A stretch of 20,000 nucleotides of DNA from an uncultured Methanosarcinales archaeon (lineage in GTDB: Archaea > Nanobdellota > Nanobdellia > Woesearchaeales > DATDXC01): NCBI GenBank assembly GCA_964510025.1, contig CAZDZV010000008.1:52452-72451 (forward strand). Reading direction: 5' to 3'. The first letter of the stretch is position 1. Every line of letters starts with the position of its first letter. Made by a program: the position numbers and the translations under genes. Under the pieces are notes generated by a model, which was given only the letters and a program-made list of their open reading frames with translations, ran no database searches and was not told the origin of the DNA. This document shows positions 8,301 to 16,169 of this stretch, one piece after another.

Positions 8301-10449
8301 GCAATCCAAGGTCGGTGTTTATGCTGCCATTTACAGTAATGCCCCTGATCTCCATGTCTATCAGGTTTTTCAGCTCAACATCGACTTCCATCAGGGAACC
8401 GGGCATTGCTTCTACCGTGTCAAGATCATCGAGGTTGCTGTTCTCTGTGCCATCCACTGCTATATCAAGATCGGAAATCTCCAATGAGCTCAAGATGGTG
8501 AGGGTGACTGTCTCATTATCCTGGCCGCCTTTGCCGTCTGTAACGCGGAAAAGCACATCATGCACCCCGACATCTGCATAGCAAGGTGTCAAAGTCACCT
8601 CTCCAGAGGTCTGGTTTAGCTGGAATCCGCATATGCTCGCATTTGTCTGGAATGTAAGATTATCATTTGTGGGGTCCTCGTCTGTTGCTTCAAGATCAAA
8701 GCTAAGCGTAAGGCTTTCAGTTGCAGTCTTATCTCCTATGGAAGCAAGGACGGGATCGTCGTTTACGTTGGTTATATTTATGGTAATGTTCTGGCTGCCG
8801 GACAGAAGCCCATCTGAGGCAGTTATGGTGACGTTTTCCTGCAGAATGCCATTTGGATAGTTGAATGTGATTACCTGGCCATCAACATCTCCATATGGGC
8901 TGTCTGTTGTGATCGTCAGCTCCGATATGTTGGTATCGACATCATATAAATATGGTGTGACATTGAGCGTCAGGTTGGTCTCTTCAACCGCATTCTGGTC
9001 TGAAATGCCGGATATGATGGGAGCGTCATTATCGGACAATACTACCATGGTAAAGTTTTCAGTTGAAAAATCCACGTTATCATCTGCTGTGCAGGTGATG
9101 TTCAGCTCTCCGTAGAAATCATTTGAAGAGGTGATATTGAGCATCTTGTCAACATTGTCAACGTCAGCTGCCACATCCGCCACATCCGCGCTGCAGCTCC
9201 AGTTGATATCATCTACTGCTGTGTCCACATCAACGACATGTTCAGAGAGGTTTATCAACGTAAATGAATCCTCGAATATCGTCAAGCCATTCAGGCTGCT
9301 GAAGCTTATCTCTGGAGCATCGTTGACAGGAAGCACGCTTATGAAAAAGGTCTTGTCTATGGTGCCATAGCTATCGTCGATCCTGATTGTACAGTTGGCT
9401 TCCCCGTAGTAATCCTGGGCAGGATTCAAGCTAATATTCGTATCGTTAATTATAGAGCAGGCAACCTCATCTGAATCGACAACCGAGTATTCCAGCAAGT
9501 CACCATCAGGATCAGCTATATAATGCGATAGGTTGAACAATGCAGCTGTATCCTCTTCAATAGTCTGATTTGGAATATCATCCTGTGAAAGCCGGTTATT
9601 TGTCGCGTTTGGCGTTGGTATATCAAATTCAATCCATGTCGGCAGGGCGTCATGCAGCCTCCCTATAGAGACATCCTCCTGAGCCACCCACATATATGAA
9701 TACTGGCTTATTATCTCTCCCAACACATTGATAAGCTGAATTGTGTCATCATCCTTGTTAAGCATATTAACCACATCCACATAGAAGTGGCTGCCAGGTT
9801 CAATTATTCCGCTCTCTATTGCTTTTGTGTTGTCTATGCTGTCATTTATAGACCAGCCGGCCAAGTCTATAGCAATCGTATCATTGTTATATATCTCAAC
9901 CCAGTCATGGCCAGAAGAATAAGGCATGAATTCGTTTATAATAAGATTAGGTGACGTGTAAACGTAAACTGTCCCATTCTCAACAGATGATGGGTAGACC
10001 GTAAGGGGTGCGGGTTCACTGCTGTCATAGACCTGGGCATTTTCAATTTTTATCTGGGTTGTATCCTCTCTTGTTATGGCCTTAAAAGTCAGGTTTACAA
10101 GATGTCCGCTTCCATTTAAGCCAGAATAGGTATCATCCTTGTATATAGAGACCAGGACAAACCCCTCTGAATTGTTAATCTCAGATGTGTCATGAACAGT
10201 ATCTCCTGTTCTGCTGAAAAAACCGCCCTCTGTCTCAGATACTGCCTGTATGACATCGGGATCATAGAGGACATTGAACTGAGTTCCTACAATAGAGTCT
10301 GTTGTGTCAACATCAACAGTAAGAACAAATGTGTCATTAAGGCTGAGCGTCTTTTGAACCGGATTCACATTCATTGTTGTCGCTGCAGAGACAATTGTTG
10401 TCAAGAACAAAATAAACATTAATAGGCTGTAAGTTGATTTGTTTTTCAT
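5320..10449 (-). CDS. Large membrane-anchored surface glycoprotein (scaffoldin-like): signal peptide, cohesin, lamin-tail domain, multiple cadherin-like/Ig repeats, CARDB/S-layer-like modules x2, PKD-like domain, C-terminal TM anchor
   Basis: N-terminal K-rich then hydrophobic signal. Cohesin-like aa ~24-163 (TFVLTVDVD..GTQFNVLYDPDVI..EGGFF..GSGHLVNLTFKAI). LTD (LIINEFMP..DWVEIYN..IDLAGWSIND..PTPNATN). Linkers VNDAP, DNDAP, VNDDP, VNDPP. PKD-like ADAGSDRTV..LDGSGSSDPDG. P/T linker, then TM LLVIVMIILLGAVIYAIGAAVMIL-KRR. Many NxS/T sequons. GAGGGG SD. Confidence 0.88.
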   Translation of the reverse strand: MKNKSTYSLLMFILFLTTIVSAATTMNVNPVQKTLSLNDTFVLTVDVDTTDSIVGTQFNVLYDPDVIQAVSETEGGFFSRTGDTVHDTSEINNSEGFVLVSIYKDDTYSGLNGSGHLVNLTFKAITREDTTQIKIENAQVYDSSEPAPLTVYPSSVENGTVYVYTSPNLIINEFMPYSSGHDWVEIYNNDTIAIDLAGWSINDSIDNTKAIESGIIEPGSHFYVDVVNMLNKDDDTIQLINVLGEIISQYSYMWVAQEDVSIGRLHDALPTWIEFDIPTPNATNNRLSQDDIPNQTIEEDTAALFNLSHYIADPDGDLLEYSVVDSDEVACSIINDTNISLNPAQDYYGEANCTIRIDDSYGTIDKTFFISVLPVNDAPEISFSSLNGLTIFEDSFTLINLSEHVVDVDTAVDDINWSCSADVADVAADVDNVDKMLNITSSNDFYGELNITCTADDNVDFSTENFTMVVLSDNDAPIISGISDQNAVEETNLTLNVTPYLYDVDTNISELTITTDSPYGDVDGQVITFNYPNGILQENVTITASDGLLSGSQNITINITNVNDDPVLASIGDKTATESLTLSFDLEATDEDPTNDNLTFQTNASICGFQLNQTSGEVTLTPCYADVGVHDVLFRVTDGKGGQDNETVTLTILSSLEISDLDIAVDGTENSNLDDLDTVEAMPGSLMEVDVELKNLIDMEIRGITVNGSINTDLGLLQESSLIPKLEPDQTETVTLQFSLPNIIGEEVYPLHIKGIGEDEDHILRIVERTIYIDVKKDNNDVIVEDVNLTPDEVGCVKEAVLSFNITNRGSKDQINGNTIRVSSEQLGIDIEEQFAIDKNTSIRKTYNINTTKDDPGSYAVSIEVTWFYTETIQENVYLEVSECFGIPDFSVDEDTEPASNWIDLWNYTDDPNYPGSHFTYSVESQSNSSLISCSINANRYVDCGKPSANATGHSDVNISATGSYTEYSLFRITVEPVNDPPFIAEAIPDVEFDEDGTNSSLDLDDYAEDIDSDNLIWTWSGNKNITVSIAPNKVITFGTLEDDWYGSETITLNVSDGEFVDSQDILVTVNQLFDDLPYIKDALPTQAYLLVGDGLNLDFHVDVADPDGIAHSINWYIEDVLEDTGADFQFNKATAGTFDVVANVSNATDTFDRKEWTVQVSLIPITTYGGTINDVNESNVNAFTGLTIENEFGKIDFGNQTIDLSNVVDVDRYVELSLGKLGIDSDAFTVFQSTPSDNSMYQLPFVEQPEILYNSGFAADTGIACPGSICSGKDYANGTLTFEIPHFSMFFVNISNPPAADAGSDRTVDVDSEVILDGSGSSDPDGDIVAYIWAQISGPQTVNLSTTGVDFQAKFTPTVLGDYEFGLVVVDSAGLIGEDTVAIKVVEGEDDGAVGYLRITDLDVKVNGNKDSNLNNGETISDEAKPGETVELDIEIKNIGDEDIEDIDVEVTIVDIDDGDDLEEDDTIDEIKDGKDERIEIEFQVPEKVEEDVYEIRIHIEGDDGSEIDWTLELEVEKDKHMLKIFEADLSPSVISCNRVVGLDVGIRNIGSEEEEDVELTVKSSQLGLDERNTFDLSEDIDDDDNEYEKRYTFVIDDDLEQGSYPVTIEVEYDDGDEVETEILYLTVQKCAAVPEEDEEEEEDIVDVQILPGDSDIYPTPTTVPKQPTTITFRDSGDYMTLLVIVMIILLGAVIYAIGAAVMILKRR

Positions 10450-10498
10450 TATGGCATTCCCCTCTAGTCTTGATTAAACTAATGCAAATGAATATTAC

Positions 10499-10513
10499 TT
10501 TATAAAGCTTTCG
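10499..10513 (-). promoter_or_regulatory. BRE-TATA promoter for the cohesin-bearing gene
   Basis: The minus strand reads CGAAAGC-TTTATAAA about 50 nt upstream of ATG 10449. Confidence 0.7.
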
Positions 10514-10541
10514 ATATTTTTAGTATTCTGCAGTAGTAACC

Positions 10542-13343
10542 CTATGTGAAAGCTCTCCTGATAAATATCAGGTCCAATGTATTGATTGCACCGTCGCCAG
10601 AAACATCGTAGCGAGGATCCCAGTTCGGATCACTGGGAGTTACGCCAAACATCCTCCTTGTCAGTATAAGGTCTAAGGTATTTACCACCTGGTCCTCGTT
10701 CACATCTCCAGGCAGGTCAGCCCACCTGTCGGGATCCAGGGGAAAATCATCAATAAGGTCATTATAACCATCTCCATCTGTGTCAGGATTCTTCGGGTCA
10801 GTGCCGATAACAGCTTCTTCATCATCAGCAAGCCCGTCATTATCATCGTCATCATCGCAGACATCCCCCATGCCATCAGAGTCAAAGTCATCCTGGCCTG
10901 GATTTACATCTGCGGGGCAGTTGTCAGAATAGTCATCTATCCCATCATCATCGGTGTCAGGGGGCAGAACGGTAAAGCTGAACAATGTTGAATTGGCCTC
11001 ATTAGATGAATTGTCATATGCCCATATCCTGTATTCCACGAAATCCCAAAGATCGAACTCCCCCAGGTTTGCCGAGTATCGATCAGGCGCTATTTCTTCC
11101 ATATCCTTTATCGTAAATACGCTGTTGTTTATCCTGTATGCAACAAAAACATTATCCAATGCAAAGTTATCGGTGACTGCAGCAAATACAGTGACATTGC
11201 TGTTAAATTCATCAACCTCATCAGGTTGATGATAGACATCAGCTATCAACGGAGCCGACCTGCAGTCTATATCCATGAGGTTGCGTCCGCTGACAAAGTC
11301 TCCGTTTCCTCCGCGAAGGAATGTTCCCGGATATCCGTCCCTGCAGCCCTCGAATTCAAGAAGGAAGGATTCTCCTGTATTGAATATCAGCTGATCCAGC
11401 GTATCAAAATAAGCATCTCCCTGCAGATGAGCAGGAATATTTTTACCGACCAGGCCTTCATAAATCCGGCCTGCATTGTCACCTGATGTCACTGTTATCT
11501 GGTAGTTGGATCCTGTGGCCAGCATGACCCCATCAACAGAAAGCCTGCCCCGCACGTAGTTCAGGTCAAGATCGTCCGCTACATCAGGCAGAAGGTTGTA
11601 GCAGCCAGAAAAGTCAAAAGAGCAGGAGCTGCATGAAAGGGTGCCAGCATCATATCCCTCACTGGCGCATGTGGCTCCTCCAAGATTATCCGAATCGCAT
11701 TCCTCATCACCTTCTATGATGCCATCCCCGCAGCTGTAGCATCCAGACGTATCGAACACGCAAGAGGCTGAGCATGCCAGACTTCCGCTATCAAAGCCAA
11801 GCGACTGGCAGGTCTCACCAGCTAGCTCATCGCTATCACATTCTTCATTTTCCCCAATAATGCCGTCACCGCATGAACTAAAGAAGCAACCAGAGACATC
11901 TAAGGTGCAGGAGGGGCTGCAGACAAGGCTGCCTCCATCATAGCCTTCACTCAGACAGCTTGCTCCGCCGAGACTATCTGTGTCGCATTCCTCATCACCT
12001 TCTATGATCCCATTTCCGCAGACATTTGAAGTGCATCCTGAAAAGTCGAAATTGCAGGACTGGTCACATGACAGATCTCCACCTTCATATCCCTGGGAGA
12101 GACAGGTCTCTCCGGCAAGCTGGTCTGTGTCGCATTCCTCATCACCTTCTATGATCCCATTTCCGCAGACATACGATACACAGGCTGAAAAATCGAATTC
12201 ACATGACTGATCGCAAGATAAGGTCCCAGAGTCATAGCCCTGGGTCAGGCAGGTCTGTCCCCCAAGATCATCCGTATCACAATCCTCTTGGCTGTTTCTT
12301 ATGCCATCTCCGCAAAATTCCTGGCCGCTCAGGACACATTCGCAGGATGAGCTATCACACTGGTAATCAGGCCCACAGTCCTGGTTTGTCTCGCAGGGAG
12401 CGCTGCATATCGCCTTGCTGCAGGTATTGGTGAAATCATAAGGATATATCTGGCAGTCGAGCACTGGATCACAGTACCCATTCACGCTTGGCGCTGTGTC
12501 GAATGTATAGGGGTTGCTGTCTGAATCATGAAAGCATGTGGCGATTCCCGGAAGCCCCGGGCAGAGCGCATCAATAGGGGTAAAAACACAGCCTGTCTGG
12601 CTGTCACAGGCATCATTTGTGCATACAATACCATCATCACAGAGACCATTGTCAGGTGCATTGGAGCAGACCCCACCTTCACATGTATCAACAGTGCATC
12701 CTATTCCATCGTCACAATCCAGGTCTTCAGAGCATTCAGAAGAGGTGTTGCATGGCATTTCTGTGGCGTTGGCCGAATTCTGGGGGCTTGGTAGGCTGTC
12801 ATGCCAGAAATCCTGGAAGTTGCTGCCTGAGTCCACCCAGTTGCCGCATGACGGGTCTGTAATACCTGGCCTTCTTTCAAAAGAGTAGCCTGATATAGGT
12901 TCAGGCAGGATTGCTCCTTCGTAATAATCCGCTATCTCAACTGTCCAGCCGATCCTATCCACAATGGTTCCTGAATTTTCCAGCTGCAGGCCCATACCGC
13001 TGTTTGTGAGGCTGTAGGTGTGCCTTAGATCAGGCTCGGCCCATTCTGATGGCCAGTTGGCTGCAGGATTATTTGATATGAGGAAAAAGCTGTAGGCAGG
13101 CATTATCGTGCCAGGAGGAATATCCTTTGAATAGACTGTGCTGCTTGACTTGAAATTTATCTTCCATGATCCGATATTCACTGCTGTACCGGTGGGATTG
13201 TACAGCTCTATGTATTCAAGACCACTGTCACCTCCAGCTGCATTTACATGCAGTTCAGAAAAGACAATATGGTCTGCAGGATCAGCTGCCAGAGCTGAGC
13301 CTAGCAGAATGATGCACACCATCACTAATATATTCTTTTTCAT
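10542..13343 (-). CDS. Secreted protein: signal peptide, lamin-tail domain, Cys-rich repeats, Ig-like domain, thrombospondin type-3-like Ca-binding repeats, C-terminal dockerin
   Basis: LTD (HIVFSELHVN..EYIELYNPTG..VNIGSWKI..PSPQN). CDDGxxCTxDxC repeats. Five CG(D/N)GII..E.CD..L.G.TC..GY..G.L.C..SC.FD.SGC repeats. DTDDDGIDDYSDNCP..NPGQDDFDSDGMGDVCD. Dockerin GDVNEDQVVNTLDL..RR / YDVSGDGAINTLDL..RR at 10545-10712. No TM anchor. Confidence 0.9.
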   Translation of the reverse strand: MKKNILVMVCIILLGSALAADPADHIVFSELHVNAAGGDSGLEYIELYNPTGTAVNIGSWKINFKSSSTVYSKDIPPGTIMPAYSFFLISNNPAANWPSEWAEPDLRHTYSLTNSGMGLQLENSGTIVDRIGWTVEIADYYEGAILPEPISGYSFERRPGITDPSCGNWVDSGSNFQDFWHDSLPSPQNSANATEMPCNTSSECSEDLDCDDGIGCTVDTCEGGVCSNAPDNGLCDDGIVCTNDACDSQTGCVFTPIDALCPGLPGIATCFHDSDSNPYTFDTAPSVNGYCDPVLDCQIYPYDFTNTCSKAICSAPCETNQDCGPDYQCDSSSCECVLSGQEFCGDGIRNSQEDCDTDDLGGQTCLTQGYDSGTLSCDQSCEFDFSACVSYVCGNGIIEGDEECDTDQLAGETCLSQGYEGGDLSCDQSCNFDFSGCTSNVCGNGIIEGDEECDTDSLGGASCLSEGYDGGSLVCSPSCTLDVSGCFFSSCGDGIIGENEECDSDELAGETCQSLGFDSGSLACSASCVFDTSGCYSCGDGIIEGDEECDSDNLGGATCASEGYDAGTLSCSSCSFDFSGCYNLLPDVADDLDLNYVRGRLSVDGVMLATGSNYQITVTSGDNAGRIYEGLVGKNIPAHLQGDAYFDTLDQLIFNTGESFLLEFEGCRDGYPGTFLRGGNGDFVSGRNLMDIDCRSAPLIADVYHQPDEVDEFNSNVTVFAAVTDNFALDNVFVAYRINNSVFTIKDMEEIAPDRYSANLGEFDLWDFVEYRIWAYDNSSNEANSTLFSFTVLPPDTDDDGIDDYSDNCPADVNPGQDDFDSDGMGDVCDDDDDNDGLADDEEAVIGTDPKNPDTDGDGYNDLIDDFPLDPDRWADLPGDVNEDQVVNTLDLILTRRMFGVTPSDPNWDPRYDVSGDGAINTLDLIFIRRAFT
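11600..12315 (-). repeat. Five tandem ~49-aa Cys-rich repeats (147-nt period)
   Basis: An exact 49-bp copy TCTGTGTCGCATTCCTCATCACCTTCTATGATCCCATTTCCGCAGACAT lies at 11977-12025 and 12124-12172, with a further partial copy near 11694-11730. Confidence 0.9.
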
Positions 13344-15364
13344 TCTATCTTAAGCGTAAAGTTTTTGTTTGCAGTCAGCCAGTATCCTTCTGCCGGCTGA
13401 ATATCAAAATCATTTGGCTGATACCATGAGCTGACAGAGGGATAATATGTAGCCAGATAGTATGTTCCGTTCCTGTTTCTGGAAGCTATCTCTGTGATAT
13501 TATAGTCATCCTGATTGAAGCTTGAAACATCAGTTGCATTATATAAGGCAAGCCCTATCAGATTCTGCCCTTTTCGCAGCTCAATATCCTTTGATATGAT
13601 CGGGTAACCAACCACAGTGAAGTCCAGGGTATGTTTGGAATTCAGGAAATATCCTGCAAGAGGCTCCATACCGCCAGGATCCCATGTATGTGTTGATGGA
13701 TTATAGTCAAATGTCTGGAATCCTCCATCAAAGGTCCTTATCTGAGAAATCGGATGGTAGCCGGAATCCTGATGCATCACTGCATCTATGTCATCGTCAA
13801 ACGGGTCAAGGTTCAGTGACACAAGGTTGTATCCCTCCACCAAGCTCCAGTCATATTTGGCCACGATATTCGTATTATTCTCCTGATTGCCTGCAGAATC
13901 GACTGACCTGACGATATAATACCTTTCCCTATCAGCGTAAGCGTCTGAATCAATATAGTCTGTATCAGATGTCTGGGCGCTTGGCGAAATGTAGCTATAG
14001 GATTCAAAATCGCTTGCACCATAGATATAAATGTCATAATGGTCAACTGATTCACCTGAAGGAGCATCCCAGTCCAGCTTTATTATATTGTTAGGGTTGA
14101 TCACCTGAAGAATTAGGTTTTCAGGTGCTTTGGGCGGCGTGTAGTCTTCTGTGGCAAACGAAGCTAAAGAAGAGTTTTTGCAGTTACCGCTTGGATCGCA
14201 CATCTCTACCAAGTAATCATATTGTGTACCTTCTTCCAGCGCATCAAGCATAAAATCTGCCTCATCATCCAGTGCTGACAAAGGGCTTATCAGGCTTAAA
14301 GCTGACACACCATAATACATCCTGGAAAAGCATTGCTCGCTGAACGTAAATGAGATGTCCAGGGTGGAATTTGTCTTATTGTTTATGTTCGTAGAAACAA
14401 GATTAGGGGCAGTGAAGTCCAGCGTAGTGAATGAAAAGGTCCCTGTTTTGCCGCAAACCTCATCCTCATTGCAGGAGCTTATGTTGAAGTAATATATGGT
14501 ATCTTCCTCAAGGCCGGTCAGATCTACACTATGATCAAGGCTGAAGCTGGAATCAGCGATCGAGTCTGTAAAGACTGTGGTGGTCCCATAGTCTATTCTT
14601 GTTGTTCCTGGCTCGTCAGTATCCCAGGTTACAGTCGCTGACTGGTTTGTGATATCAGAAACCTCAACATCAATTATGGCAGGTGGGATGGTATCTGTCA
14701 CGAGCCAAAGAGCAGACCTTCTGAAAAGATATTCAGCAGCATCTGTCCACTGGTCAACCTCTATCATGCCGAAGAACACTGATTTTGTATTTGAATAGCG
14801 GCCGTTCCTGAGCTTGGTTCCTTCCTCTGCTGTGCCGATCAATGCGCTATTCTGGTTTGAAGCAGGAGAGTCGCTTATGGCAAGGACTGATTCCACGGCA
14901 GGCGCCTTGACAAGCTTGTCCATATAGTAGCCTGTCAGCGTAAGGTCGCCCAACAAATAAAGCTGTACTGTGCCGAAAAGGCCCTGCGTGATGAAATGGT
15001 CCGGGTCTGTCACATAGCCTGAGAGAGGACGGCTTGAAGCACGCTGAGAAAGCCGCCTTACCCATTCCCAGTCATCCATATAATACCTGTTCAATATAAG
15101 GGCAGGAAATTCGTTGACAGGTATATCCTCATTATTTGAAAAAATCTCGTTGTTTACCACCATAAAATCATAGTCAGAAAAGACAATATCCCCTATATCC
15201 TCGTCAAAAACAGTATCCACCGCAAATCCAAGGTCTTCCAGATTATCAATGATGGTCTGCTCCATACCGAACTCGCTGTTGACCAGATAGACCACTCTGT
15301 TGGTCTCAGCAGCAGCAAAACTAACAAAGAACAGGATGCTAAAAATTATCAATATCCTTTTCAT
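13340..15364 (-). CDS. Secreted fibronectin type III-like repeat protein
   Basis: Signal peptide. DTIPPAII..SATVTWDTDEP..YGTT..HSVDLTGLEEDTIYYFNISS and two further Fn3-like units (PKAPENL..LDWDAP..YDIY..YYIVRSVDSAGNQ). C-terminal LVEGYNLVSL / LRKGQNLIGL duplicated motif. ATGA overlap with both neighbours. Confidence 0.8.
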   Translation of the reverse strand: MKRILIIFSILFFVSFAAAETNRVVYLVNSEFGMEQTIIDNLEDLGFAVDTVFDEDIGDIVFSDYDFMVVNNEIFSNNEDIPVNEFPALILNRYYMDDWEWVRRLSQRASSRPLSGYVTDPDHFITQGLFGTVQLYLLGDLTLTGYYMDKLVKAPAVESVLAISDSPASNQNSALIGTAEEGTKLRNGRYSNTKSVFFGMIEVDQWTDAAEYLFRRSALWLVTDTIPPAIIDVEVSDITNQSATVTWDTDEPGTTRIDYGTTTVFTDSIADSSFSLDHSVDLTGLEEDTIYYFNISSCNEDEVCGKTGTFSFTTLDFTAPNLVSTNINNKTNSTLDISFTFSEQCFSRMYYGVSALSLISPLSALDDEADFMLDALEEGTQYDYLVEMCDPSGNCKNSSLASFATEDYTPPKAPENLILQVINPNNIIKLDWDAPSGESVDHYDIYIYGASDFESYSYISPSAQTSDTDYIDSDAYADRERYYIVRSVDSAGNQENNTNIVAKYDWSLVEGYNLVSLNLDPFDDDIDAVMHQDSGYHPISQIRTFDGGFQTFDYNPSTHTWDPGGMEPLAGYFLNSKHTLDFTVVGYPIISKDIELRKGQNLIGLALYNATDVSSFNQDDYNITEIASRNRNGTYYLATYYPSVSSWYQPNDFDIQPAEGYWLTANKNFTLKIE

Positions 15365-16005
15365 TTTCCCTTGTTTATCACAAAGAATGCAAGCAGGCCT
15401 ACAGCCACTATAATGGCCACTATCATGCTGCCGACAAGCATCTTGTTCGGTTCAGGCTCCTCAGCCTTGAAAGCGTCCTTCGAGCCTGGCGTCACAGAGA
15501 CTCCGGTGTCTTCTGGTTCAGGCTGGCCCGGGTTTGCCACAGGCGGAGGAGGCGGCATCTCCCTTTCTTCCACTTCCAGCGCCCCGTCGTCTATCTCAGG
15601 ACCCTCAGAATTTACGATTAATGTCGAGATCAGCCCTGCGTTGTTATCCTTCACATCAGGATCAGCAGGCGAAAATCCAACATTGAATGCGATCTCAAAG
15701 ATACCTCCTCTGTCGATGGTAGCAGTGTACCTGGCATTTTTTGATTCAGCAGGCTGAAGAACAAACTCCTCATCCTGTATGTCTATGAAGTAGTCGTATT
15801 TTTCGTCAACCACTACGTTTATACGGACAGCGAAATCATTTGTGTTCTTGACCAATATTGACCTTTGAAGAACAGCCGGATCTTGCGGAGATGCATTAAC
15901 ATTAACGATAGCCCTGACATTTCCAATCCTTGTCCTTATACTGCATATAGAAGGCAGAGCTATTATCAGGACAAACAACAAGACGAATATTTTTTTGCTA
16001 ATCAA
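15361..16005 (-). CDS. Small single-pass surface protein: signal peptide, one Ig-like domain, Pro-rich linker, C-terminal TM
   Basis: Probable TTG start at 16005, 6 nt after a GGGGGAG SD; the ORF-track start at 16020 overlaps that SD. PPPPPVANPGQPEP linker. TM MLVGSMIVAIIVAVGLLAFFVI-NKGK. Confidence 0.75.
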   Translation of the reverse strand: MISKKIFVLLFVLIIALPSICSIRTRIGNVRAIVNVNASPQDPAVLQRSILVKNTNDFAVRINVVVDEKYDYFIDIQDEEFVLQPAESKNARYTATIDRGGIFEIAFNVGFSPADPDVKDNNAGLISTLIVNSEGPEIDDGALEVEEREMPPPPPVANPGQPEPEDTGVSVTPGSKDAFKAEEPEPNKMLVGSMIVAIIVAVGLLAFFVINKGK

Positions 16006-16169
16006 TGTTAACTCCCCCAATAATACTACCTTTTGGTAATTTTAATTATTATTTACTTTATAATAACAAATAATTGGATATGTATATTTAAATATTACGG
16101 TAATTAGAAGTATATGTTATAAGATATAAAAATTTTTGCCTAAATAAGGTAGTAAAACAGTACTCTTAA

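Noticed and set aside
11690..12172. CRISPR array or DGR template/variable repeat pair
   Set aside because: The repeats are in-frame coding units with a 147-nt period. No adenine-specific mismatch pattern was noticed, and no cas or reverse transcriptase gene is in the window.
5320..15364. True cellulosome (polysaccharide-degrading)
   Set aside because: There is only one cohesin and no recognisable glycoside hydrolase or CBM in the cluster. The GH13_18 enzyme has no signal peptide or dockerin.
16021..16160. dif-like site or invertible promoter (9-bp inverted repeat TACTACCTT 16024-32 / AAGGTAGTA 16146-54)
   Set aside because: The region is very AT-rich, there is no convincing 11-6-11 dif arm symmetry, and a 9-bp match is too weak without inversion reads.
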